A stretch of DNA of 64,000 nt from positions 32,001-96,000 of the IMG/VR virus record IMGVR_UViG_3300014205_000004; one strand, 5' to 3'. The stretch comes from a virus. Lineage: Duplodnaviria > Caudoviricetes. This document shows, piece after piece, positions 35,243 to 44,617 of this stretch. Every line of letters starts with the position of its first letter. Position 1 is the stretch's first letter. The position numbers and the translations under genes are program-made. The notes below the pieces were generated by a model. That model did no database searches. It saw nothing but the letters and a program-made list of their open reading frames with translations, and was not told the DNA's origin.

Positions 35243-35514
35243 CGTCTCGTTCTACCTCATGGCGTTGATAGCGAGCATCGCACTGGTAGGGAATTGGAAA
35301 CGCTGATAAGGCTCAACATCCGCTACGCCTGGGCCCGGTGGCTTACCGGATGGGCACTCACTGGCGGCATCATGGTCATCATGATGTACTCCCGCGTCAC
35401 CAAGAAGACCCGCTCCCCATAAGGGCGGGTCTTTGGTTTACCCTGTAGTAGACACCGTTTTCATTCATACAGCCCACAACACAGGGTGCGAAATCCACTA
35501 CAGGAGCGCACCCG

Positions 35515-35982
35515 TTGACCGCTGATGTCCACAGGGAGTCCACACTCCATTCCGGCGAAGTCACGCTAATCCTCGCGGCCATAAACGCCGGGCGAGAGGA
35601 CACGCGAGAACTCGACCGCAAGTTTGAAGAACACCGTCGCGACGTCGCAGAACGCTTCGATCAGGGCACCAAGAAGATGGACGCCCAGGAAGCCATCATC
35701 CGCAGCCTCGTTGAGCGTGAGACGGAACGCAACGGGGACGTCAAGAAGCTGGTAGCGGACTACTACGCGAGGAAACAGGAACGCGTCGAGATCCAGAAGT
35801 TCACCGAAGGCCGGCAGAGCATCACCTCGAAGTTCCGCGCCGTCGTGGTCGACGTCGTCAAGGAAGCCAAGAAGCCCGTCCTGTATGCGCTGTTGGTCGT
35901 CCCTGTCGCCTTTGGCTGGCCGCTACTGACCCAGGCCGGCTCACTCATCGCCGCGGCGTTTGGAGTGTGGATGCCGTGGTAG
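35515..35982 (+). CDS. coiled-coil membrane protein (lysis-associated, holin-like)
   Basis: C-terminal TM segments; directly upstream of the endolysin. Confidence 0.6.
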   Translation: MTADVHRESTLHSGEVTLILAAINAGREDTRELDRKFEEHRRDVAERFDQGTKKMDAQEAIIRSLVERETERNGDVKKLVADYYARKQERVEIQKFTEGRQSITSKFRAVVVDVVKEAKKPVLYALLVVPVAFGWPLLTQAGSLIAAAFGVWMPW

Positions 35983-36707
35983 ACCTGATACTCCTGCCGC
36001 CGATCGTTGGTTGGACCACCGGTCGGTTCGGCCAGTCGGACGATGGGTGGACTCCGGAGAACCCGCACCGCGGCTACGACATTTCCGGGCCGGAAGGTAC
36101 CAAGATTATGGCCCCGTGTGACGGGCGCGTCGTGGACTTCACGAACTACGGCGACTTTGGTCCGCACGCGGTCTGCATCGACTACGACGGCAAAGGGAAC
36201 TGGTTCGTTCTGCTCGCGCACTGCAGCAAGTCGTACGTCTCGATCGGCCAGTGGGTGACTATGGGCCAGGCGATCGCGGAGGTCGGCCACGAGGGCAAGG
36301 CGTACGGCGACCACGTCCACATCCAGGTCTGCAAGAACACTCTCTTCAGCACAAACCTCAGCGACTCAATTGACCCTGAGCCGCTCTTCATCACGGAGGA
36401 TGAAATGGAACGGCTTTCACGCATTGAGCGAATCGTCGCAGGGTACGGTATGACTGTCGTTCCCTGGGCGAACGACCCGTCGATCGGCAAGGAGTACTGG
36501 GTGGAGCACCTCTTCCCTGCCGGTACGGCCTTCGTGGCTGCCGACGACCCGCGGCCGTACGACAAGATGGTGACCATCACCGGCGACAACGCGCTCGAAT
36601 ACTGCGACCGCCGCGGCTGGAGCCTCGGTATGGGGCTCGGGCAGGCGCGTGAGAACATCCGTCGGCACTACGACGCGCACGCCAACGCTGGCACGGCCAT
36701 CGAGTGA
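35967..36707 (+). CDS. endolysin, M23 family peptidase
   Basis: HRGYD...G..IMAPCDGRV...LAHC...GDHVH. Confidence 0.9.
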   Translation: MDAVVDLILLPPIVGWTTGRFGQSDDGWTPENPHRGYDISGPEGTKIMAPCDGRVVDFTNYGDFGPHAVCIDYDGKGNWFVLLAHCSKSYVSIGQWVTMGQAIAEVGHEGKAYGDHVHIQVCKNTLFSTNLSDSIDPEPLFITEDEMERLSRIERIVAGYGMTVVPWANDPSIGKEYWVEHLFPAGTAFVAADDPRPYDKMVTITGDNALEYCDRRGWSLGMGLGQARENIRRHYDAHANAGTAIE

Positions 36708-37015
36708 ACGCCCGTCCCACAATCCTGAGCTCAATCCTGGGCATCCTCGTCGTGATGCTCACCGGTCCGATGCTCCTGCTCGGCACGGTCAACGACGACA
36801 ACTGCCCCGACCCAGCCGCCCCCACGGTCCAGCGCGAGTGCTTCGAGCTGCTTACCGATGGCGACTTTCACAAGCGCGTAGCAGCCGCAGCTATCGCCGG
36901 TATCGCGGATCCCTGGCAGGAACTCGCCGGCGGTCTCTTGACGATGTTCGGTATCCCGGCATTCCTGTCGGTCGTGAAGCGCGACGGTAAGGACGAAATC
37001 AAGGAAGAAGGTTAG
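36704..37015 (+). CDS. putative holin / membrane protein
   Basis: Two TM segments, charged C-terminus. Confidence 0.6.
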   Translation: MNARPTILSSILGILVVMLTGPMLLLGTVNDDNCPDPAAPTVQRECFELLTDGDFHKRVAAAAIAGIADPWQELAGGLLTMFGIPAFLSVVKRDGKDEIKEEG

Positions 37016-37017
37016 TC

Positions 37018-37341
37018 ATGGAACCGTTCATGAGCATCCCGGACCGCATCACCGAGTCGCGCAAGCTGATCGGGCTTTGCGTTGCGCTCCTCGCCGTATT
37101 GCTGACGATGGTCACGTTCATCATCTGCTCCGCCTTCCTTGGCACGCCGTGGGCTCCGTTCAACGACATGCTGCAGTGGGTGGCTACCATCGCCGGCGTG
37201 CACCAGACGGCGCAGGCAACCAGTGACGTGGTGAAGTGGCGTGCATCTGGTCAGGCAGGCTACAACCTGCAGACTCAGAACACACCTGTCATCAATTCCA
37301 CGGTTACTCGCACGAATAGGCCCATCATTCCGGGTCTCTAG
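37018..37341 (+). CDS. putative holin
   Basis: SRK followed by TM segments. Confidence 0.6.
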   Translation: MEPFMSIPDRITESRKLIGLCVALLAVLLTMVTFIICSAFLGTPWAPFNDMLQWVATIAGVHQTAQATSDVVKWRASGQAGYNLQTQNTPVINSTVTRTNRPIIPGL

Positions 37342-37435
37342 GACTCTTCAATGTAAGTTACATAGCGAGGCGTCGGCCGCTGCATGTCTGTTACCGTGAG
37401 ACTACAGACTGCACAAAGAAGGCGAATACAGCTAC

Positions 37436-37816
37436 ATGGCCGATCCGTACAAGCGCATCCACAACCACCTGGATGAATATCGGGACTACATCAAGAGCCA
37501 GCCGCAGCGAGTACGTCCAGATGAAGCAATCGAGATGACGTCGGGATTCCTGTCAACGATCGGTTTCCACGACCATCACGTTCCTGTCTTCGACGTCGAC
37601 CAGTTCACGTACCGTTTTCCGTTCCTGGACGAGTACTGGACCCGTCCAGGCGTCGTCTACATCGACCCCGACGAGATGTCTCGTTTCGACACCCGCCGGT
37701 TCCAGACCCGGCTCTTCTCGTGCCTCGCTGAGGCCGATCGCCAGGGACGCCTTTCGCGACTGATCGACAAGGGGAAGGTCTCTAACGTCCGCGCTCTCAT
37801 CGATCGAGGGGTGTAG
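37436..37816 (+). CDS. hypothetical protein
   Basis: 126 aa upstream of the portal. Confidence 0.75.
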   Translation: MADPYKRIHNHLDEYRDYIKSQPQRVRPDEAIEMTSGFLSTIGFHDHHVPVFDVDQFTYRFPFLDEYWTRPGVVYIDPDEMSRFDTRRFQTRLFSCLAEADRQGRLSRLIDKGKVSNVRALIDRGV

Positions 37817-37819
37817 TTC

Positions 37820-39931
37820 TTGGCCACTTCCAGCATCCTCCGCGCACTCTTAGGTCTTCCGCCCAAAGCGGATGCGCTCCTGGTCGCGCGGAATCAGCTG
37901 GTTTCGCCTCCCTCTCAGACTGACATCTGGGTGGCGAGGACCAGTGGCAAGGGCGGCCGCGTCCGGCTTCGCACCGGTGGCGGCACGCTCAGCGAGCAGA
38001 TGATTTTCGATCGGCAGAACGACCCGCTTCGACTGCCCGGTTCCGTAAGTCTCGACGACTTCGACATCACGATGGAAGACATCGCAGCCGAAATGGCCGA
38101 GCGTGCCGACTACGCAGAGGCCGCATCCGGTGGTAAGGGCAAGCTCCTCAAGATTCCCGAGCCGCGAATCAGCAGCAAGATCGCGCTCAAGATTGCCCAG
38201 CAGCTGAACTCGGGCGGTTCGCCGGCCCCTCAGCTCGAAGTGCCCGCCGACCGTGTCGCGCGCGCCAACCTCGCAATCAAGTACTACCTGTCTGACGGCA
38301 TCGCCGGCCCGGCTATTCGAAGTCTCTACGAGTTCGTCATCGGGCCTGGGTTCGACATCGACCCGGTGTATACCTGGGACGAACTGCCTGGCTGGTTCAA
38401 CGTGAACGCACCGGAAGTCGGTATCGCCCGCCAGCGCTACATCGAGAGCCTGGGCACGGAGACCGACGCCGAAGGCAAGACGAAGAAAAAGAAGACCATC
38501 GGCAAGAAGTCGGACGAGCGAGACCGGCTCATCTTCCTCGAATACCTGCGTCTGCGCGCCGAAGAGCTGCGTGATCGCCTCGAACTCGAAGACTTTGCAA
38601 TCGAACTGGCGCGTGACGGGCTTGTGGCCGGTGACGGCTTCGGCTTCCGTGTCGACAACATCATCGACGAGAAAGCCTTCGAAGACCTCCAGCCGAAGGC
38701 TGAGTACCTGTTCAACACGGTCTGGGAGATCCAGGGCGTCAACCCTGTCGCCATCGAGCTCGAAACTGACGAATTCGGCACCCTCGTTGGGGCTACCACG
38801 AAGCCTGCCGGTGACTTCTCGGGCAAAGGCAACCCGGTTTCGACCGAAGACCTCCCCAAGCTCATCCACCTGAAGTGGAACGGCAACCGCTACACGACCT
38901 ACGGCAACTCGCAGCTCATCAACGCACTCACCGAGCTTCAGCTCAAAGAGTCCCTGATGAACGCAATGAAAGCGTCAGCCGACCGGTACTCGCTGCCTAT
39001 CAAGCTGGCGACGTACGGTGTCATGGCTCCTGGCTCAGATGGTGGTCCTATCGCTCTCGACGAGTGGCGGGACGAACTCATCTCGGCCATGACTGCCTTC
39101 AACCCGCAGCGGGACGTCCTGGTCGGCCCGTTCCACTGGGACATCAAGTACATCGGTGCCGAGGGCGACATCCTCGACTTGGCCGGCGACATCGAAGCCT
39201 CGAACCGCCGCATCATGATGTCGATTGGCGTCCCGCCGAACTTCCTCGACTCGAACTACACCTCGTACAACACGGCGAAGATTCAGGTCGCCAACATGTT
39301 CCTGCGCCTCCGCCAGCTGCAGCTTAAGACCGGCGGCGCGATGGAGCGCAGCATCCTGCAGCCCTGGGCGCAGATGCGCGGCTATCGCGACGTCATCGGG
39401 AACGTCATCCCGTTCAAGGTCAACTGGCGCAAGGCGAACCTCGAAGGCGACCCGGAGATGCTTTCCACCATCCGGACGCTCGCTTCGGTACCCACCCAGG
39501 AAGTGATGAGCGTCAAGACGCAGCGTCACCTGATGGGCCTCAACCCGGACATCGAAGAGCAGAACTTCGCCGCGGAGCGCCTTGCACGTCGGGCCCGCTT
39601 CGAAGAGCAGGGTCTCGACCCCAACACGGGCCTCCCGCCTGGCACGGACAAGAGCGGCAACCCCGTGAACGAAGACAACGGGACCGACAACACCGACCAG
39701 AACGACAGCTCGCAGAACAAGAAGAAGGACTCGGGCGACTCAGCAGCCTCGTTGCAGTCGCAGATCGACAGCGTGAAGAACCTCGTCTTCGAGGTCTCCG
39801 CGGAGCAGGGTGCCATGGAAGAGCGCATGGCAGAGCAAATCGAGAAGGGCTGGGAAGAAATGCGCCGTGTGACGACCGCACGCCGGCAGCAGAGGGCCAA
39901 AAGCGGTGAACAAGGAAAAGATCGTGGCTAA
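37820..39931 (+). CDS. portal protein
   Basis: 703 aa; RDGLVAGDGF, LIHLK...YGNS, IGVPPNFL...SYNTA; head-module position. Confidence 0.85.
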   Translation: MATSSILRALLGLPPKADALLVARNQLVSPPSQTDIWVARTSGKGGRVRLRTGGGTLSEQMIFDRQNDPLRLPGSVSLDDFDITMEDIAAEMAERADYAEAASGGKGKLLKIPEPRISSKIALKIAQQLNSGGSPAPQLEVPADRVARANLAIKYYLSDGIAGPAIRSLYEFVIGPGFDIDPVYTWDELPGWFNVNAPEVGIARQRYIESLGTETDAEGKTKKKKTIGKKSDERDRLIFLEYLRLRAEELRDRLELEDFAIELARDGLVAGDGFGFRVDNIIDEKAFEDLQPKAEYLFNTVWEIQGVNPVAIELETDEFGTLVGATTKPAGDFSGKGNPVSTEDLPKLIHLKWNGNRYTTYGNSQLINALTELQLKESLMNAMKASADRYSLPIKLATYGVMAPGSDGGPIALDEWRDELISAMTAFNPQRDVLVGPFHWDIKYIGAEGDILDLAGDIEASNRRIMMSIGVPPNFLDSNYTSYNTAKIQVANMFLRLRQLQLKTGGAMERSILQPWAQMRGYRDVIGNVIPFKVNWRKANLEGDPEMLSTIRTLASVPTQEVMSVKTQRHLMGLNPDIEEQNFAAERLARRARFEEQGLDPNTGLPPGTDKSGNPVNEDNGTDNTDQNDSSQNKKKDSGDSAASLQSQIDSVKNLVFEVSAEQGAMEERMAEQIEKGWEEMRRVTTARRQQRAKSGEQGKDRG

Positions 39932-40115
39932 TCGACAACCTTGGCGTTGTACCGGAACCATCCAGAAGACCGACATGCCGTGCCGGCAGACGCTCGGCTT
40001 CTACGACGCAGACAAGATGCCCCTGGCCGACCTCAAAGGCATCGTCCAGCTGCGTTGCATCCGCTGCAAGTCGCTCGAAGGCAATGGAGACCTCACCCTT
40101 CCTGACGCGGCGTGA
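39924..40115 (+). CDS. Com-like zinc-ribbon protein
   Basis: WRC...CRQTLG...QLRCIRCKS. Confidence 0.6.
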   Translation: MANRQPWRCTGTIQKTDMPCRQTLGFYDADKMPLADLKGIVQLRCIRCKSLEGNGDLTLPDAA

Positions 40116-40122
40116 ACTCTCG

Positions 40123-40152
40123 TAGACAGACTGAGTACTGAGTGTGTACTAT
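40123..40152 (+). promoter_or_regulatory. sigma-70-type promoter with CTGAGTAC in the spacer
   Basis: TAGACA-18 nt-TACTAT. Confidence 0.6.
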
Positions 40153-40186
40153 AACCCCATCTCTTATATGAAGTGGGGCGAGGTTC

Positions 40187-40810
40187 ATGCAACCTGGTGA
40201 AATCGACGGAAAGACGCTCACGCAGTTCGTCATGCATTCGAACGCCATCGAAAACGAGCACCACGACTACATCGAGCAGCGGTTCCAGGCTCATATCGGC
40301 ATCGCGGCAGACATCGCCGCATCTCCCGACTCGGGCTGGCTGTTCACGAAGGACGGGTTGCTGGTCGCGCATCGCGCGCTGATGCAGCACGACCCTTGGA
40401 AGTTCCCCGGCGAGCTCCGGCAGATGGATGTGTTTGTAGGGCAGGACAAGAAGATGAGTCCCTGGCAGGTTCGAGAAGAACTCCCGGATCTCCTGTCGTT
40501 TGCGCGCCGCGGCCTCCCTCACGACCACGCGGACCGGGAAGCGTGGGCGTGGCACGTCCACAACTGGTTCGAGCACATTCACCCCTTCTGTGACGGCAAC
40601 GGCCGTCTCGGCCGTCTCTTCCTCAACGCTGCTCGCCTGTACGTCGGCCTGCCCTGGCTTGTCGTGTGGGAGTGGGAGCGGTGGCAGTACTACGACCGCA
40701 TCATCGGATGGGAGCGGGACCTCAGCGCTTGGTTCCGGCAGATGCCCGACGGCCTCAACATCGATGACTTCGTCCAGGCCTCGCTCACTTCCTGGAGCAC
40801 TGCCGCATGA
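40187..40810 (+). CDS. fic: Fic-domain protein (AMPylase)
   Basis: SNAIE and intact HPFCDGNGRLGR motif. Confidence 0.93.
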   Translation: MQPGEIDGKTLTQFVMHSNAIENEHHDYIEQRFQAHIGIAADIAASPDSGWLFTKDGLLVAHRALMQHDPWKFPGELRQMDVFVGQDKKMSPWQVREELPDLLSFARRGLPHDHADREAWAWHVHNWFEHIHPFCDGNGRLGRLFLNAARLYVGLPWLVVWEWERWQYYDRIIGWERDLSAWFRQMPDGLNIDDFVQASLTSWSTAA

Positions 40811-41080
40811 TGGTCATCGCTACAAACGCCATCCACCACCCAGGTCGTTGGGATCGCAAACGCGGCCGGCGTCGCTGCAGGCAGTACCTGCCTACGGCGA
40901 AAGCCTTTCGGCTGTTCCTCTACACGTTGGAGAGGTAGCCATGTCGAAGAGCAAACCACAGCGCTGCCGTCACTATCTCACCACCTACAAAACCGACAGC
41001 GAGAGCCTCGTCTGGAAGGTCTGCACCAGCTGCGGCACAGCCTTCGAATCCACGCCCATCAAGAATCCCATGGAGTTCGT

Positions 41081-41569
41081 ATGATCATCAAAGCCCCGAC
41101 ACTATGGGTGTCCAACCCCAAGTACCTGCTGGACCTCTCGGTCTTCCTGGCCGGTTCCATTGAGATGGGTGAGGCCGTCAACTGGCAGGACTCGCTCGGT
41201 AAGCGTCTGGAGGCGAATGACTTCCTGGTCATCAACCCGCGGCGCGATGACTGGGACGCGTCCTGGACGCAGTCGATCGAGAACCCCGAATTCCACACGC
41301 AGGTGTCCTGGGAACTCAACTCCATCACCGAGGCTGACTGGGTGGTCTTCCACTTCGAGCCGGGCACGCAGTCGCCCATCACACTCATGGAGCTCGGCTA
41401 CGTCGCCGGCGCGTTCCCGGACAAGGCCATAGTCCACTGCCCAGAAGGCTTCTGGCGCAAGGGGAACGTGGACATCGTGTGCGAGCGCTTCGGTATCTAC
41501 ACCGTAGAGCGTCTGGGCGACATACCGGACCTGCTCAGCGAGTTGGCAGGCCTGAGTTGGGCAGCGTAG
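41081..41569 (+). CDS. nucleoside 2-deoxyribosyltransferase-like protein (second family)
   Basis: VFLAGSI...WQ...NPRR...QVSWEL...SPITLMELG. Confidence 0.88.
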   Translation: MIIKAPTLWVSNPKYLLDLSVFLAGSIEMGEAVNWQDSLGKRLEANDFLVINPRRDDWDASWTQSIENPEFHTQVSWELNSITEADWVVFHFEPGTQSPITLMELGYVAGAFPDKAIVHCPEGFWRKGNVDIVCERFGIYTVERLGDIPDLLSELAGLSWAA

Positions 41570-42096
41570 ATCCCTACGCATCCGCGTACCGAAAGACCCT
41601 GAACGTCAGGCTCGCCGACGATTCGATGAAAGCGCTACTAGCCCGCGGCTTCGACACCCCGGGCGGTGCTGACTTCATCATCCAGCTGTACGAGCGCTTA
41701 ATGGATGCGTACAGCAACGCATGGAGCATCAAAGCACTTTCTGGCAACGAGTGGGCGTACCTGGCCGACGTGGTCATCGAACAATTCCCGTACGTCAGGC
41801 CGGACTTCGATTTCTCGGGCATGTTCACCGCCATCGCCCTCCAGCAGCCATTCCTGCCGGACAGCAAGGTTCGTTGGGAGTTTGACTACCTGCACTTGCG
41901 CAGGGTACTGCTGAACATGGGTCTCGCAGAGGCCGTGTGCGTGTGGGACACGATTTGCCTCATAAGGGAAGAGGCGCAGCAGAGAATACTAACCGGGCAG
42001 CGGCATCGACTCGGCGGTGAACAACCTCCGGCTGGCAAGGTCGCCAAGGTGTCTTTGAAGAAGGCCGTCCGTCGGGTGACTGGACAAATATGCTAA
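41557..42096 (+). CDS. hypothetical protein
   Basis: Long ORF; start uncertain. Confidence 0.65.
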   Translation: MGSVDPYASAYRKTLNVRLADDSMKALLARGFDTPGGADFIIQLYERLMDAYSNAWSIKALSGNEWAYLADVVIEQFPYVRPDFDFSGMFTAIALQQPFLPDSKVRWEFDYLHLRRVLLNMGLAEAVCVWDTICLIREEAQQRILTGQRHRLGGEQPPAGKVAKVSLKKAVRRVTGQIC

Positions 42097-42146
42097 GCTG
42101 CGTTTAGCAGACCCTCTAGTTCCGCGGACCTAGCGAGCGGCCTTTG

Positions 42147-42179
42147 AGCCACCGTCCAATTCAAGGATGGTGGCTTTTT
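42147..42179 (+). terminator. intrinsic terminator
   Basis: agccaccgtcc...ggatggtggcttttt. Confidence 0.75.
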
Positions 42180-42180
42180 C

Positions 42181-42834
42181 TTGTCACAAGCACTGGCACC
42201 TAACCACGTACGGATCCTCTCGGGTGGCTTCGCTTATGCGTCGCGCAACCCGCAGCCGACCATGTCCGTGGCTACGAAGAATTACCTCAGTGCCGGTGGA
42301 GTGAAGGAAGAGGATCTGCTCTACCTCAGCTACCCGTTGGTCCACGAAGGCACCAACAACAACGGTGACGAGTTCACCGCCGAAGAGATGAAAGCCTCGT
42401 ACAAGACGCTGGTTGGCACGGTGGTCGACAAGGACCACAACATGAGCGTCGATGCCATCTGTGGTAAGAACTACGAAGCCGAGTACGTGACGGAGTCCGG
42501 CAAAGGCATCATCAACGTCGACGCGTATGTCTACGCCAACCTCTACCCGGACCTCGAAATCAAGATCCTGGACGGGACCATCAACGCGGTCTCGATGGAG
42601 TGCTTCTTCGCGCGTTCCGAGCAGGTTGCTCTTCGCCGCCGGCGACTCCACGACATCCAGTTCATTGGCTCTGGCCTCGTCCGTATTCCTGGAGACCCCC
42701 AGGCCCTGATCAACACCGACGAGCTGGCGGGTGAGACACAGAGTGGTCTCGTCACGCCTGGCCGCACGCAAGCAGACCGCCGCCGCTTTGCAGCGATTGC
42801 CGCGGCTGTCATCGCCCTCCAGGAGGTTGCCTAA
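42181..42834 (+). CDS. prohead (capsid maturation) protease
   Basis: NNNGDEF, VDKDH, AVSMEC, GLVRIPGD; position in head module. Confidence 0.75.
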   Translation: MSQALAPNHVRILSGGFAYASRNPQPTMSVATKNYLSAGGVKEEDLLYLSYPLVHEGTNNNGDEFTAEEMKASYKTLVGTVVDKDHNMSVDAICGKNYEAEYVTESGKGIINVDAYVYANLYPDLEIKILDGTINAVSMECFFARSEQVALRRRRLHDIQFIGSGLVRIPGDPQALINTDELAGETQSGLVTPGRTQADRRRFAAIAAAVIALQEVA

Positions 42835-44048
42835 TGCCCGAACTCAACGAATCCAACGAACTGCTGTCCCCCGACGAGATGCGGACGTACCTGGCCATGG
42901 CCAAGGAACTGATCACGCTGGAGCGCGTGGAGGCGGAGAACGCCAGCCGGCCGCGCTACGCGGATGCGGCGCGCATGCGCTTCCCTGTCTACACGGCAGA
43001 ACTGGCTGTCGCTTCGAAGGTGTTCTACGACAACGCCAATGAAACGCACAAGGCCGTCTACTCCGCAGAACAGTGGGAAAACATCGGTAACGTTATCAGT
43101 GCTGCACTCGGGTACACCAATGCGGCACACAACGAAGAAGAAGATGTTAATCTGGTCTTGCAGGCCATGGTTTTGGTGCGTGAGCTTGTAGCCCGTGAGG
43201 CTATCGATGGCGCACCCGACTCCACTTGGAAACTCAGTGACCTGGTCTACTGTCTGCAGCTTCTCTGCTCGCTCAAGTGGCAGGAGGAGTGGGACGTCTA
43301 CTTCCAGGAAGAAATGGCCGAAGCCAGCGTTTCCGAAGAAGAAACCACCGCGACGGACACCGTCGAAATCATCACTGCCACGGAAGGTGAAGAAGACATG
43401 GCAATTTCTGACGACGATCTGGCAAAAATTGCCGAGGTCAACAAGGCGTCGAACGAGGAGCTCAAGCAGTCCCTCGCCGACAACACCGCGGCCCTCCTGG
43501 CTGGCCTGAAGGAAATCCTCTCGGCCGCTGCTCCGGTCGCTCCGGTTGTTGCTTCCACGGAAGTCGAAGCCGAAGTCGAAGCCCCGGTCGTCGAAGCCCA
43601 GGGCCAGGCCGAAGCGGCCTTCCCGCCGGCCGACGACAAGAAGGACGAAGAGGACGACGAGGAAGACGACAAGGATTCCAAGGCGTCCGCCCCGGTCGCT
43701 CCGGTCGTCGCCACGAACCTGACCCCTGCTGAGCGCGCTGGTCGCGCTGCTGAACTCGCCCTTGACCAGGAAGCCGAAGCCGCCAAGGCCGAAGCTGCCG
43801 ATCGTCTCGAAGCGAACGTCGGTGGGGGTGGCGGTGCTGCCAGCCTCGGCACCCTCGGTACGGCTTCGTTCCGCCTCTGGGACCCGGCCGATGTCGACAA
43901 GGTCCTCTCGGCTCAGCGCGAAAGCGTGACTGCCGGCCTCACGAAGCGCCTCAAGGGCACGGCCATCGCCGTTGCAAACGGCGGCGGTCCCAAGCGCGAC
44001 GCGTCCGAGTACGCCGAAGCGTTCATCGCTCTCCTTTCCCGCAACTAA
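42834..44048 (+). CDS. scaffold-like head protein with DUF6582-like N-terminus
   Basis: RFPV...YSAEQWENI motif followed by an acidic Ala/Glu-rich region. Confidence 0.7.
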   Translation: MPELNESNELLSPDEMRTYLAMAKELITLERVEAENASRPRYADAARMRFPVYTAELAVASKVFYDNANETHKAVYSAEQWENIGNVISAALGYTNAAHNEEEDVNLVLQAMVLVRELVAREAIDGAPDSTWKLSDLVYCLQLLCSLKWQEEWDVYFQEEMAEASVSEEETTATDTVEIITATEGEEDMAISDDDLAKIAEVNKASNEELKQSLADNTAALLAGLKEILSAAAPVAPVVASTEVEAEVEAPVVEAQGQAEAAFPPADDKKDEEDDEEDDKDSKASAPVAPVVATNLTPAERAGRAAELALDQEAEAAKAEAADRLEANVGGGGGAASLGTLGTASFRLWDPADVDKVLSAQRESVTAGLTKRLKGTAIAVANGGGPKRDASEYAEAFIALLSRN

Positions 44049-44089
44049 GACCTGCGGGCCAGTCACCCCGTCCATAGGAGGACACACAA

Positions 44090-44572
44090 ATGGCCGAACT
44101 CGGCGTCGCACAGGGCATTTCCGCCCAGAAGTTTGAGGTCCTGGACCACAAGGGGCTGAACGCGTCCACGTTCAAGTGCGCGTCCCTGTGCAGCCGGGGT
44201 GACCTCGTCTACATCTCGGCCGCGGGTGTTGTCACCATCGGCACGACCGGCCTCGGTGCCAATGCCCGGTACGCCGGCTTCATCGACACCAATGTCATCA
44301 CCCAGGCTGACCTTGACGTCCGCGTCATCGGCCAGCACGGCGACTACGCTGCCCAGACCACGGGCGTCGTGTCCGTCTGGCAGGAGGGCGAGTTCCGCGT
44401 CTCCAACGTTAGCGGTGTCATCGGCGACAACGTGGCCGTTTACCCGGCCGCGAACGGTGCCCTCTCGGCGTCCCAGACGGGTTCCGACAAGGCGGTTGGC
44501 TTCTCGATCACCGGCAACGGTGGCGTCTCGGGCAAGCCGATCACCATCCGCATCAGCAACTACAACGCCTAA
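44090..44572 (+). CDS. capsid decoration/cement protein
   Basis: Gly-rich beta protein immediately before the MCP; AGGAGG RBS. Confidence 0.75.
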   Translation: MAELGVAQGISAQKFEVLDHKGLNASTFKCASLCSRGDLVYISAAGVVTIGTTGLGANARYAGFIDTNVITQADLDVRVIGQHGDYAAQTTGVVSVWQEGEFRVSNVSGVIGDNVAVYPAANGALSASQTGSDKAVGFSITGNGGVSGKPITIRISNYNA

Positions 44573-44617
44573 ACCGTAAGGCGAGAGACCACCAAACCTA
44601 AGCAGGAGAACCAAGAA

